Source: Octopus vulgaris
Lineage: Eukaryota
Direction of reading: 5' to 3'
Assembly: GCA_951406725.2 (NCBI GenBank)
Contig: OX597837.1
Coordinates: 38,936,001 to 39,000,000, forward strand
Length of the DNA: 64,000 bases
Below, in pieces: positions 25,669 to 38,415 of this stretch. The position numbers and the translations under genes are program-made. Numbering within the stretch: position 1 is the stretch's first letter; every line of letters starts with the position of its first letter. The notes beneath the pieces were generated by a model that saw only the letters and a list, made by a program, of their open reading frames with translations, was not told where the DNA came from and did not search any database.

Positions 25669-26829
25669 ATTAAAGCTGGTGTACACAAAAAGAAATGACA
25701 TCTGGTACACACTCAGTGTAAAATGGTTGTTCTCAGGGAGGGCACAGAGGTGTTGAAATCCGGCCAAATCTGACACTGCTGCCCGATGCAGCAGTGTGAC
25801 TCACCGGCTACTCTCAGACTGTCCTGCAAATGCCAGTATAGGTAATGGATTTTAAATCATGATGATTTGATACACACACACACACACTATGTTTTTGTAT
25901 GTGTGTGTGTGTTTGTGAGCGAGCATGTGTGTGACATGGCAGTGCAGGTGATTACGTTGATGTTGATGATGATGATGATGGTGTAGCAAGTCATAAAAGG
26001 CGGCAATATGAATTAATGTCCATTTGCCCAAACAGACATAGTTGTTGGTAATCCCATTGGTTAAAGTTACTGCCCATATACAAATTCTAAACTTTCATCT
26101 AAGAAATCTTTCAGAAAATACAGTTCTTAGAATTCAGATATGAGCAGTTATAAAAACCCTGATTTTTGGGAAATTACTCAGTGTTCGTAGGATTTTACTA
26201 AACCCCACGACACTCACAATTGTGATAGTTGGATGTACTAAGCTCTACGACACTCTCTCCTTGAGATATTGGCTATTTTTTATGCCATGTCTATGATAAA
26301 AATCCAACATGACTTATTTGAATTGTTGTGAACTCTAGTAGTTAGTACGAAGGATTAGCTAGTGTGAATTTTAAGTCATAATTCTCTGTGACGAAATTAC
26401 TTTACTTTCAAATTGTATTAAAAATGCTAAATGTACATAAATAAACTAATGTAGTGATTATTTTCTCTTTCTTTACGTTTTTCAACTTGTTAATGAAATT
26501 TGTTTCTGCAATTATGAAACTGTGTATTTTTTATAGCAGTTAAAAGAACACGAATTTATTTATCTTCAACATACATGCACGCATAAAGTGTCCGTTTGCG
26601 TTTCAGAGTATATATTTCTCACTATGGTGTTTATGTAGCTGGAGTCAGGATTTATGTATAAGGATAACACTTATAAGTAAGTGACGGGTTTATCAATATG
26701 TATCCCTACTTCAAAAGTAAAATATATTTATTATCTATTTCCAAATAGGAAACATATAAAAGTAGTGTTACACAAACAGTAACCGAACGAGGCTATAAAA
26801 AGTGTAATGTGTTGTTTGTTTTGTTCCAG

Positions 26830-26876
26830 CATTTGAAGAAAACAAAGATGTCACTGAGGATCGGAAGGCCGTACAG
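26830..26876 (+). CDS. Gene A candidate micro-exon 3
   Basis: TTTTGTTCCAG|...CAG|GTGAGC; phase 1 to 0; open reading SFEENKDVTEDRKAVQ. Confidence 0.6.
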
Positions 26877-27051
26877 GTGAGCGAGTGGACTTTGGTTCTT
26901 GAAACATTCCATATTTTATACTGAGATAGTAAACATTACATGTGTGTGTGTGCGTGCATGTATACTTACATATGTAAATGTGTGACTTTTGTAGATACTT
27001 GTACACACACACACGCACACTCATATATGTATGTATATATGTACACACACA

Positions 27052-27676
27052 TCTCTCTATATATAAAACTGAGAATGTGTGTCTGTCTGTGTGTTTCCTT
27101 AAAACTTGAGAACTACACAACCAATTTCATTCAAATTTTACACATGCCTTACTTAGGGTCCATGTAGTTTCATGGGAAGAAAAAAATGTTCAACTTCTTG
27201 CCTAGGGCGAGCCCATAGCAATATCATATCTTCTCCGCTATTTCAGTATTACGTGTTAAAAGTGAAACAAAAACATTTCTCTATTTTATATCAGATACTT
27301 TCACTTTAACAATAAAAATAATAATAACAATTGAATTATATGTAGTAAGTAATAATTAAAATCAAACTTAAGTATAATATAATCGTAACATAACAAAAGT
27401 AAAAATAGCAATTGGTATAAAATTGCATCAATGACTTGAACTTGAATAAGTGGTTTCACATGAATGGGAATAAATTAAAAATAAAATTAGCGTGTTGAAA
27501 TGGAATAGTCCTACAATTCCAGTTTGTTATATATTTTCAGTATTGTTATCACTAGCGATATCAAGATATAACTTTGTATTTTATGTGTAGATGTACATGT
27601 AATATGTACACATATATATACACATATATACATGCACTAGCACTATGACCCGGCAAAGATGGGTCTTTAATGCTAG
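27052..27676 (+). mobile_element. Non-autonomous Helitron
   Basis: A|TCTCTCTATATATAAA 5' end; 3' hairpin GACCC...GGGTC then CTAG|T; no TSD. Confidence 0.78.
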
Positions 27677-27979
27677 TATATTTATACATTTGGCATGGTT
27701 TCTACAGCTGGATGTCCTTCTGAACGCCAACCACTCTGAGAGTGTAATGGGTGCTTTTACGTGCCATCAGCACAGGTGCCATTTGTGTGGCACCAGCATC
27801 TGCCATGACTGCTATTTTACTTGGCTTTGTCAATCTTCTTCAAGCACAGCATAATGCCAAAGGTCTTGGTCATTGCTTCTGTGAGGCCCAACGCTCGAAA
27901 GGAACTATTCACATGCCACTGGCATCAACCACTTTGCCTCCGTGAGGCCCAATGCTTGAAAGATGCATTTTAATTGGTA

Positions 27980-29460
27980 CTGGCACAGGTGCCTGTTATG
28001 TGATACCAGCATCATCCACAACGATTTCACTTGGCTTCACCGGTCTTCTCAAGCACAGCATATTGACAAAGATCTTGGTCACTAGTCATTGCCTTTGTGA
28101 GGCCCAAAGTTTGAAGAGCATGCTTCACCACCTCGTCACGTCTTCCTGGGTCTACCTCTAACACAGGTTCCCTTCACAGTTAGAGATTGGCACTTCTTTA
28201 CACAGCTGTCCTCATCCATATGCTTCACATGACCATACCAGCACAGTCGTCTCTCTTGTACACCACATCTGATGCCTCTTATGCCCAACTTCTCCCTCAA
28301 GACGTTGGATCTTTTCGGTTTGAATAGCAGTTTTTAACATAATTTCTAGGTAACTAAAAAATTTTAAACTTCGTATACTGGTAGAATGTGTTTATAAAAC
28401 ATCTTTTTCTCTTGGCTTTATAGAGAAAATTCTATAGTTCGTAAGATATTTGTTGTTTTTTTTCTTCAATTTCTGCAATTTCAACCAATCAAATACATCT
28501 ATTGAGTAAAAAAAACATTCTGTGCTGTATGAATATGTCCCTCGTTTAAGAAACAGATTGGGTTTATTTACATTTGTGAAGAAAAAAAGATACCCTTATC
28601 CTAACCAACTCTAACTAACCCTAACCCTAAAAGAGATTGAAATGCAATAGATTCTAGGGTCATAATTATGGGTGACAATTTCATATGACACCGCCAGAAA
28701 AAACTGCCTGTCAAACTGAAAAGATCCAAGATGTTTACACTCTGTGAAACATGCACACTGACATTGTTCATCCATTGAAGCCTACTGGCTTCATTTCTTT
28801 TCAATGCAACACATGTCCTCGGCTGTCAGAGCCCATGTTTCGCTACCATGTAGCATAGCTGTTCACACACAGGCATCATACAATCTGCCTTTCACTCCAA
28901 GGGAGAAGCCCTTTGTTACCAGCAGAGGTAGGAACTCTCTGGACTTTGCCCAACCCATTCTTATTCTGACTGCTACGCTCTCGGAGACCCACCTCTACTA
29001 CTAACTTGGCCACCTAGCTAACAGAAGCTGTCTGCTACCTCTAGCTTACCCTCCTGCCTTTTGATGGCATCTCTTTTCTGTACATTCTCAATGTATCTTC
29101 CACACAAAACGCTATTCTCCCTGTTAACCTTACTCTGATATTGCTGCACCTCTTATGTGGCCATAGCTTACACCAGGTAAATCTTTTCTACAGATCAAGC
29201 AGGGCCATCTACCTGAAGGGATTTGTGATTTGTCTGCCTTCTTATTTACTAAGACCTTTCAATTCTAGACCTTGCTTCCATACCTGGAATGTCTTCTCTA
29301 GTTCTGATAGTGATTCAGCTACAAGAACATGGTCATCAGCATAGAGAAGCTCCCAGTGGCAGCCTGTCTGAAATTCTTCTGTTATTGCCTGGAGGACTAT
29401 GATGAATAAGAGGGAGCTGGTAACTGATCCTTGGTGGACCCCTACTTGTACCTTGAATTC
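27980..29460 (-). mobile_element. RTE LINE fragment, interrupted by a MITE
   Basis: Reverse complement of RTE RT and C-terminal sequence (LLYADD-like, KRNEAS, GRPRKT). Confidence 0.85.
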
Positions 29461-29629
29461 ATACTAGGGTCATAATTATGGGTGACAATTTCATATGACA
29501 CTGCTAGAAAAAACTGCCGTTCAAACTGAAAAGATCCCATTTTTATTTAACACCCTCCCTGCCTCATAAATCCTAAAATTTCAGCTTCTTTTCAAAATTT
29601 GTTTTAATCATAGTTTTTAATTACAGGCA

Positions 29630-30870
29630 GTTGAGAAGTTTGACAAGAAGGAGAGAGAACTACAAATCTATAACATAGAGGGCAACTGGGAATTCCTACG
29701 GGACAGCTTGCTGAGTGCCACTGACCAAAGCTGGTGCAAAGTCCTATCCAGACCGAGGGTGATGTGGAGGTGGAATGATGCTGTAGACAAGGCCATTAGA
29801 GCAAAGAGACAGGCCTGGAAGTGTGGGGTTAGCAGGGAACTGTATCAGATAGCCCGAAGGAAAGCTAGGAGGCAGGTACATTTATCCAGGGAAGTAGCAG
29901 AAAAGAAGTTTGCCAATGTTCTGTGACATGAGGACCAGAGACTTGAAGTGTTTTGGATTGCAAGACAGTGTGTGTGAGAAAATCCTGATGAGTTAGGAGA
30001 GAAATGTGTCTGCATGAATGATGGTTCACTTGCCTGCAAAGAAAGAGGCTTGGAAATACCTTTATGAAAGGCTGCTAAATGTGGAGAACGACTGGGACAA
30101 GAGGGAGCTGGTAACTGATCCTTGGTGGACCCCTACTTGTACCTTGACCCAACCGAGGAACTAGGTATTCAAATTGACAGTAGCCTAGTAGATAAAGCAA
30201 TTAAGGATACGAAGACAGAGAAAGCCCCCGGCCCATCAGGAATCACTGCTGAGATACTTAAAATATCTGGTGGAGTAGGATATTAGCTTGGTCACTCATA
30301 TACTCTTTTACTTGTTTCAGTCATTTGACTGCGGCCATGCTGGAGCACCGCCTTTAGTCGTGCAAATCGACACTGGGACTTATTCCATGTAAGCCCAGTA
30401 CTTATTCCATCGGTCTCTTTTGCCGAACCGCTAAGTGATGGGGACATAAACACACCAGCATCAGTTGTCAAGCAATGCTAGGGGGACAAACATACACACA
30501 CAAACACACAAACACACACACATACACACATATACATATATATACATATATACGACAGGCTTCTTTCAGTTTCCGTCTACCAAATCCACTCACAAGGCAT
30601 TGGTCGGCTCGGGGCTATAGTAGAAGACACTTGCCCAAGATGCCACGCAGTGGGACTGAACCCGGAACCATGTGGTTGGTTAGCAAGCTACTTACCACAC
30701 AGCCACAATGAGATTGTCCATGAGGGCGTCATACCTGATGATTGATCTAGCAGCACTGTAGTCAGGTGTTACAAAGGCAAAGGTGATGCCTTAGACAAAA
30801 ACAATTACAGATGCATCAAATTGCTGGACTGGGTGATAAGAGTCACAGAAAAGGTCATAGCTCAATTAAT
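29630..30870 (+). mobile_element. RTE LINE fragment with a SINE insertion
   Basis: WNDAVDKAIRAKRQAWK and KAPGPSGIT; resumes after the SINE at 30708. Confidence 0.82.
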
Positions 30871-31278
30871 TTGCTTTCCAACAGCATAATTCCATGTTCA
30901 ATCCCACTGCATGGCACCTTGGGCAAGTGTCTTCTACTATAACCTCAGGCCAACCAAAGCCTTGTGAGTGGATTTGGTGAATGGAAACTGAAAGAAGCCC
31001 ATTGTATATAAATGTGTGTGTGTGTGCATGCTTTGTGTTTGCTCTGTGCTACCACTTGACTGTTGGTGTTGATGTGTTTACTTCTCTATAACTTAGCGGT
31101 TTAGCAAAAGAAACTGATAGAATAAGCATCAGGCTGGCTTAAAAAAAAGTACCAAGGTTGATTCATTCGACTAAAAATTCCTCAATACAGTCTCTAGCAT
31201 GGCTGCAGTCTTGTAACTGAAACAAGTGAAAAAGAAGATATAAATGTGTGTGTGTCTCTCCTTGTTTTTTCTGTGTCC

Positions 31279-31314
31279 CTTTCTGTAGAAGAGCGTAGGC
31301 TCGAAACGTAAAAG
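31279..31314 (+). ncRNA. Degenerate hammerhead-like motif in a short repeat next to (TA)n
   Basis: CTTT-CTGTAGAA-GAGC(GTAG)GCTC-GAAA-C-GTA-AAAG; the core deviates from CUGANGA. Confidence 0.35.
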
Positions 31315-31401
31315 ACTTTTTCTATTCCTGAGCGTTATACTAATACATCTGTTTGTTTTGTACACTACCTGTCTTCGTCTTTTGTTTTTTTCGTAAACTC
31401 T

Positions 31402-31464
<63 letters not shown>

Positions 31465-31469
<5 letters not shown>

Positions 31470-32850
31470 AATGTGTCTAGGAGAGAAATGAGTCCGCATG
31501 GATGATGGGGCACTTGCTTTTAATGTTGGTGAAAAGAAAGAGGCTTGGAGAAGCTATTATGAAAGACTGTTGAATGTGGAGAATGAATGGGAGGAGGAGA
31601 GCCTGCCAAATGTTGATCCAGTAGAGGGACCAGCTATCCAAATAGATAGCTCCCTTGTAGTTAAGGCAATTAAGGGTATAAAACCAGGTAAAGCCCCCGG
31701 CCCATCGGGAATCACTGCTGAGAGGCTTAAAACAGCAGGTTATGTGGGCTACGGCCTAGTCACCCGTATTGTAAACCAGGTAGTTCATAATGGAGTCATA
31801 CCCAATGACTGGCGTAGCAGCACCATAGTCAACTGCTACAAGGGTAAGGGTGATGCTCTAGATAGAAATAACTACAGGGGTTTTAAACTGTTGGACCAGG
31901 TGATGAAGGTCACAGAGAGGGTCATAGCCCATCTCATTAGTGAGAGAATTTGCTTAGATGAGATGCAGTTCGGGATTTTGTGCCGGGTAGAAGCACCACT
32001 GATGCTATATTCCTGGTCCGACAACTGCAGGAGAAATACCTAGCTAAAGATAAACCCCTCTACATAGCTTTTGTGGACTTGGAGAAAGCCTTTGACAGGG
32101 TCCCCCGATCCCTTATCTGGTGGTCGATGCGGAAACTGGAGATTGATGAATGGCTAATAAGGGCTGTACAGGCCCTATACAGAGAGGCTGTCGGCAAGGT
32201 TAGGATTGGCAACGAATATAGTGAAGAATTCCGGGTAGAAGTAGGTGTACACCAAGGCTCAGCTGTCAGTCCCCTTTTATTCATCATAGTCCTCCAGGCA
32301 ATAACAGAGGAATTCAAAACAGGTTTCCCCTGGGAGCTCCTTTATGCTGATGACCTGACTCTCATAGCAGAATCACTACCGGAACTAGAAAAGAAATTTC
32401 GGGTGTGGAAACAAGAGTTAGAATCAAAGGGCCTTAGAGTAAATATAGCAAAGATCAAAGTTATAGTAAGCAGAAAGGCAAACTCAGCACACACCCCATC
32501 GGGCAGGTGGCCCTGCTCGATCTGTAGGAAAGGTGTAGGTAGAAACTCCATAAGATGCACCCAGTATAAGCTATGGACGCATAAGAGGTGCAGCAACATC
32601 AAAGGGAAATTAACTGATAAGATAGCTTTCATGTGCGGCAGATGCACAGGGACAATAGACACCACAAATACACAGAAAACAGATTCCATCACACTCCAGG
32701 GGGAGAAACTAGAAGTAGTTGATAGTTTCCGCTACCTGGGTGACCAAGTTAGTAGTGGAGATGGATGCTCAGAGAGTGTCACCACTAGAATACGAATAGC
32801 CTGGGCAAAGTTTAGAAAGCTCTTACCCCTACTGGTGACAAAGGGTCTCT
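31465..32850 (+). mobile_element. RTE LINE RT region, 3'-truncated
   Basis: ORFs 31498-32043 and 31980-32909 with DLEKAFD, HQGS and LLYADD; ends at LVTKGLS. Confidence 0.93.
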
Positions 32851-35800
32851 CAATTTGGGGGAACCAAATTTCTAATGAGCATTATAGGAGCTCCAACTTT
32901 AAGTTTTAGGATGTGTGGTGGTAGTCCGGGGGCTCAAAGGAATTGAGTACCTCTATTGGATAATTGATGACGTCGTCTGGGTCAGGAGTTGTATCAATAG
33001 ACTTATAAACATAGACATCCCCAGTAATGAGTTTTAGCATTTCATCATTAATATGGTGAACAGTTTTATTCCTCGGGGCCAGAATAGCCCTTTGGCCAAT
33101 CCAATCCATATTCTGATAATTAGCTTGTAGATCTGGGAAGACTGCATCTCTGAGATCAGAAGGCGTGTTAACAATGGTACAAATGGAATTGATGGCAATA
33201 TTACCATTTTCATCCCCTGGTATTTTGCCTTTGCCAAGTGCAAGGAGGGTGTGAGAAAATGCTGCTGATGTGATATCATGTCGCATATGAGCACGCATAT
33301 TGGTGTGAAGTTTGAGAGTCTTCACCAGTGGCCACAATGTGGATGACTTAAGACACGCACTTACTGCATCAGTTCTAGTCCCTTTGGGAATAACGGGAAG
33401 TGTTTGTCGGAAGTCCCCTGAAAGACGAAGTGTTATGCCTCCCAGGGGAGCTGAAGAGTGTTTGATGTCTCTGAGAGATCTATCTAGTGCCTCAAGAGCA
33501 CCTCTGTGGGCCATCGTGCATTCATCCCAAACGATAAGCTTGCATCGTCTGAAGACTTCTGCCTGATCAGAGCTGTTACTGATGTTGCAAGTTGGTGTCT
33601 CAGTCTTCGCTAAGTCAAGTGGGAGTTTGAAAGTAGAGTGAGCTGTCCTGCCACCTGGCAACAAAGTAGCCGCAATTCCAGATGATGCCACAGCCAGGGC
33701 AATGCCTTGTGTTCGCCTAATCTCAGCCAATATTAATTTGTTGACAAAAGTTTTCCCAGTGCCCCCAGGAGCGTCCAGGAAAAAAATGTCCCCAGCTTTG
33801 GCCCGGACTGAATTAACAACGGAGTTGTAAGCGAACTTCTGTTCTGGAATGAGCTTTGGCTCATTGTCGGCTATGTACTCGGCAAGCTCGTCAACATTAA
33901 AACATGTCTCACGCAGCAAATGTGAAGACAGAGTGTTTGTGCCATCCCGGTTTGTTGAAGGTAGGCCATAGACCGGCAAGGCACTACCGCCCATATCGAG
34001 TACAGTATCTTCGATTTCAAGCAGCGCCCTGTTGTAAATGAGGTCAGTGTACCTGACCTCCATTGATGGATGTAGCGATTGAGCGTGACGCAGGAAATCT
34101 TCAGACATATCATCTTTTTAGGTAAGCCATAAAGAGGCGGGATTAGCCAAGTCACACCATAGTAATAGAATAGCGAAAAGCGATCTGATTTTTTTAGGAG
34201 ATTTTAATGAAACACCTTCTGCCATAGTGGCGCCCCATTGTGAATCATCCTCCAAAAGTCGACGCCGAAAACAGGCTTCACGGAAAGTATCACATAATAC
34301 ACCATCAACAGTTCTGATGTCTTGAAAACTTTGTGGGCCTAAAACCTCATGGAGGAGAAGGCACAGGTAAAAACAGTCATGTTGGTTTGGAGGTACAGTG
34401 TAGACTCTTCCTAGACAACTGTTAAACTTGACACCAGGATGTCCTTCAACATCCTGACCCGACTTCCTACGCACCCAATTGTTGTTTGACCACACGTAGT
34501 AGGACGGGACCTGAGGGTATAAAAGTGTTTTAGCAAATGTGTCAAGTTGGCAAAGCCTAAAGAAACCAGTCAAAGTTGTTTGGGTACCGTTTAGTGCACA
34601 CGTGGTCTTTGTGGCATGAGGAGAACTTTTGAAAACCAGGACCGCACGGACCGTGTACCATGTGTGCCTTCACAATGTCGTACAGCTGCCGGTCAACAGT
34701 TGGGTCCGGAATTTCTGCTGCAATGAGATCATCAAGAACTGTTGGGTCTATTTTGTTGACCAACCAAAGCAAAATGTGCGCGTGTGGCAACCCTCTTTTC
34801 TGCCACTCAACAGTATACATGTGGCAGTTAACAGGCCCAAAAACCTGGCCTTTTTTTATTAAAAGAATGAGCTTAGCCAGTTTCTGCCTGAAAACCCTTC
34901 CAATAATATCATGGCGATGACAGTACTGCTGCCCTGGGAGAAGTTCTCGCGTTACCTCAACCCACTTTGGGTTACATGTAAAGGTAATGAATAAATCGGG
35001 TCGCCCATAATGCCGAACGTAAGTCATAGCGTCTTGTGTTCGCTCGTGCATGTACCGTGGGCCCCCTGTATAGGTTGAGGGGAGAATGCACATTTTGCCG
35101 ATATTGCGGGCGTCAGTGTCATTCCTGATGCCATCACGCAAATGGATGTAGGAGTCTGAGCGCAGCTGCTTCTGATTCAATTTGATGAAGCCCAGTCTCT
35201 CGGACTCCATCTTTGCAGCCATGTCAACTGCAAACTGGTGAAACAGTTCCCGTGATCTGTGCAGGGGGTTGAAATCATTATGCCTTGTCATGAAGCGGTA
35301 TGAGTAAAAAGCCATACATGAAACAGTTTTAGATGTCGCTGCCGAGGGCTCGTTTGGTTTGTGGTGAGGAATGCCGAAATGGTACCCGTCTTCTCCATAC
35401 GGAAAAAGAAGGGAATACTGCAGGGCGTCATATGACCAATGCGTCTCATTAATACGCTGAAGACCACTGTCACGGCTTTGAAGAACTATGTCCCGCTGCT
35501 TGTGCTGTTCACCATGGAGAACTATGGCCACTTCATTGCACGAAGGAGCGTTATATCGCCGCGCGTGCTCCCCAGAAGGCCTTTTGTCAGCATCGATGAC
35601 AATGGTGAATGTTGGTGAAGGGGCTGTTTCCAAGGCGTATTTGAAACTGCGAATATAGCTGTTGTGGTCATGAAGCATGTTTTGCAGAGTGAGCAGCACG
35701 TCCCTGTCGAAATTGTCAGCGTTAGTGTTTGCAGGTTGTGGAATTACGTCGAAACGCAAATCAAGTTGCCTATTGTAATTTGTAATAGAATAAATTTGAA

Positions 35801-37837
35801 GGAACGAAGGTTTGCAATTTTGTAGTGGCTGGAGTGACCCAATAAGGTGGTACACCTGGCCCTGGACCTTGAAAGTAGGCATCCAACCAGTTTCTCTGAC
35901 AACGCTAGCCCCGAAAGAAGTCATCTGAAATGCACAATTGTATTTCCTGATGAGTTGAAGGAATTTTGATGACCTTGAGGTGGAACCAGTAAGTAATTCC
36001 TTCAAAGGGTCTGGCAGCTCCCGAAGAGGGGGCAAGCTGACCTTACCGTTTAAGCAGCACATCGCAGGTGGTTCCCCAGCCCACTTTTTAGCATTACAGA
36101 ATTGGCAATTGGAGCACATTTCCCCAATATTTATGTCAGCGTGCATCGAGTAATTGAAGTTGGGCTCATACTTGAAAGCACGTAGATGCCAGTAAGGTCT
36201 GTTTGGACTCATCAGACCGCGGCGTCGACTGTTCCGCTGGAATGTAGAACGTTGCTGGTCTGAGTCGTGGGAATGTGTCGAAAATGTTGAAGCAGCAGTA
36301 GCCACAGCGTTTGTAACCAGTCGAGTGGCCCTTTGTTGTGGGTCCTCTGAAGCCCTTTGTGCAGCAACAGCAGAAGCCTTTATGGCGCTGCGCTTCGACC
36401 TTGTTTCCAGACCGTCTGAAGCCATGGAAGCAGCATCGTATGAAGCAACCGCAGCGTTTGTAGCCAGTCGAGTGGCCCTTTGTTGTGGGTCCTCTGAAGC
36501 CCTTTGTGCAGCAACAGCAGAAGCGTTTATGGCGCTGCGCTTCGCCTTTTTCGCCGCTGCTGCTGCAGTATGGCGGCCGAGGCGACTTCTCTTTTTCGGT
36601 GGCATTTTATGTGAGAAAGAAAGGGTGAAAGTTACTTAAAAATAGAAATTGTAATGTGAATGAAATGTGGAAAAATGTAAAGCGTGGAAGGAAAAGAAAG
36701 AAATATTAGCAGCTGAAAGAAATTTTTTATGCAAGTATAGCGACAGAGTGTGTAAAATGTGTAGAAATTTGAGTTAAAAGCCAGAAAAGAAAGTTAGATT
36801 TGCAAGAAAGGAAGTAGTTTACGTACATGTTCGAAATGTGAAGTGTTTTAGTTGTTTAATCAAATATTTGCGTAAAGTGTATAGAAACGTAAATTGAAAA
36901 AGAAAATGAATTGAAATTTTTAAGAAAGGAATTTGTTTACATACATGTGTGAAATGCAAATGTTTTGCATTGTCCGAAATGGAACCAGGGTAAATGTGTG
37001 GAACTGATGTATTATAATGAATAGTCCTTCTTGAACTGAAAACCAGTGGTGTAGCATATAAGATGATAAGGGATCTTCTTCTAGCCAAAATGGATGACCA
37101 GTCTGAATGGCTCACCCCTGTCACAGACACACACGCACACACACGTTAGCTTACAATGTCTGTCAACAATTGACACTGTCGTATATATTAGCGTGTCTAT
37201 GTGTCTAAAGAGGAAGTAGGAGTAATAGGCAGAGTAAAGGCTTCAGAGTGAAAAGTTAAAATATTGAGTTTTCTCGAATTTTGTCTTAATGGGGGTGAAA
37301 TTGAAAGAAATTTTGTATGGCATGACCGAATGGGAGTACTTGTAAAAATCATAGGTAAACTGTAATTGAAGAAATTGTGTGAGGAGTAAATCGTTATGTA
37401 TTTATTTGTTTCTGTTTGCTGTTTTTTTTTTTTTTGAGTAGTGTTGTAAGGTGCACTTGCAAAGAGAAAGTCGGAGAAATTAGGGTGATAGCATGAGTGA
37501 CGCAGTTCATCCGTTTTATATAAATACTTTCACTTTAATCATTGCACACTTGCAAAGAGAAAGGAGGAGAAATTAGGGTGATGGCATGAGTGAAACATTT
37601 CGCTCCGTTTGTGTGTGTGCTGTAGCCCACACTAAGAAAAGCACTTCACTTACACACCACAAAGTGAGTTTTCTCGAAATTTTGCTTAATTGGGGTTGAA
37701 ATTTGAAAAACTGGACCTGGCACGACCCGATGTATTCTCTTAAAAATGCTAGGTAAATTGTAATTGAAGAAATCCTATATTGTATATTTCTATTAGAGAC
37801 AAAGGGAGGCAGATAAAATCTGCCTTTTATAATAAGA
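32851..37837 (-). mobile_element. Helitron (Rep/Pif1 helicase), internally deleted and 3'-truncated
   Basis: PDLFITFTCNPKW, VEWQKRGLPHAHILLW (HUH), DAPGGTGKT, WDECTM, GDFRQTLPV and LAPRN; 5' end A|TCTTATTATAAA at 37837; two frameshifts. Confidence 0.95.
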
Positions 37838-37931
37838 TATATATATATATCGTGTGTGGTATGTCATGTTTGCCAGTAAGCCATAAAATAATTTCCAAAC
37901 ATTAATGTTTTTTGTGACTCTTTTATTTTAG

Positions 37932-38014
37932 AAGTCACCTATTTCAGCTAGGGTGAAAGAAAGGATTACACCTCAAATTATCCAACCCACAGGCATAAAG
38001 ATATTGAAGCAAAA
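37932..38014 (+). CDS. Gene A candidate micro-exon 4
   Basis: TTTTATTTTAG|...AA|GTAAGT; phase 0 to 2; open reading KSPISARVKERITPQIIQPTGIKILKQ. Confidence 0.55.
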
Positions 38015-38139
38015 GTAAGTATTTCTAATATTTTTGATGTTGTAATTCCATTACCGTTGTTGTTGTTGTTCACAGTGATGTTGTTGAACCCAAAGTGAGC
38101 CTCAAGCTATGTATATTTATATCCATGTGTATGTTTATA

Positions 38140-38415
38140 TCATCATGGCTCGGCTTCGTGAACGAAGATCAGGAAGGCTTTCCATGTCGCATGCATGCAT
38201 GCTCATGACTGAGAAGTCTGATATGGGAAAGGCAGGTCCGTGATCAGTGTCCACAGACGAAGGTAACATCCGGTGTGGTGTCAGAGGCGGCTTGCGCCTT
38301 CCTTCTGCGTCTCTTGTCTTTAAGCGCATCTCTTCTTTGTTCCTCAAACTTGCTGTCTGCGTTGAAGATCGTGTGGCGCCAGACATCACGGTCCGCAGCC
38401 AGGTCTGACCAGCAT
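38140..38415 (-). mobile_element. RTE/BovB-like LINE 3' end fragment
   Basis: Degenerate C-terminal C2H2-like region followed by (ATG)n; abuts a SINE at 38420-38650. Confidence 0.55.

Noticed and set aside
38076-38094. 19-nt micro-exon (CACAG|...|GTGAGC), phase-compatible with exon 4
   Set aside because: Too short, with a 61-nt intron, to separate from chance without transcript data.
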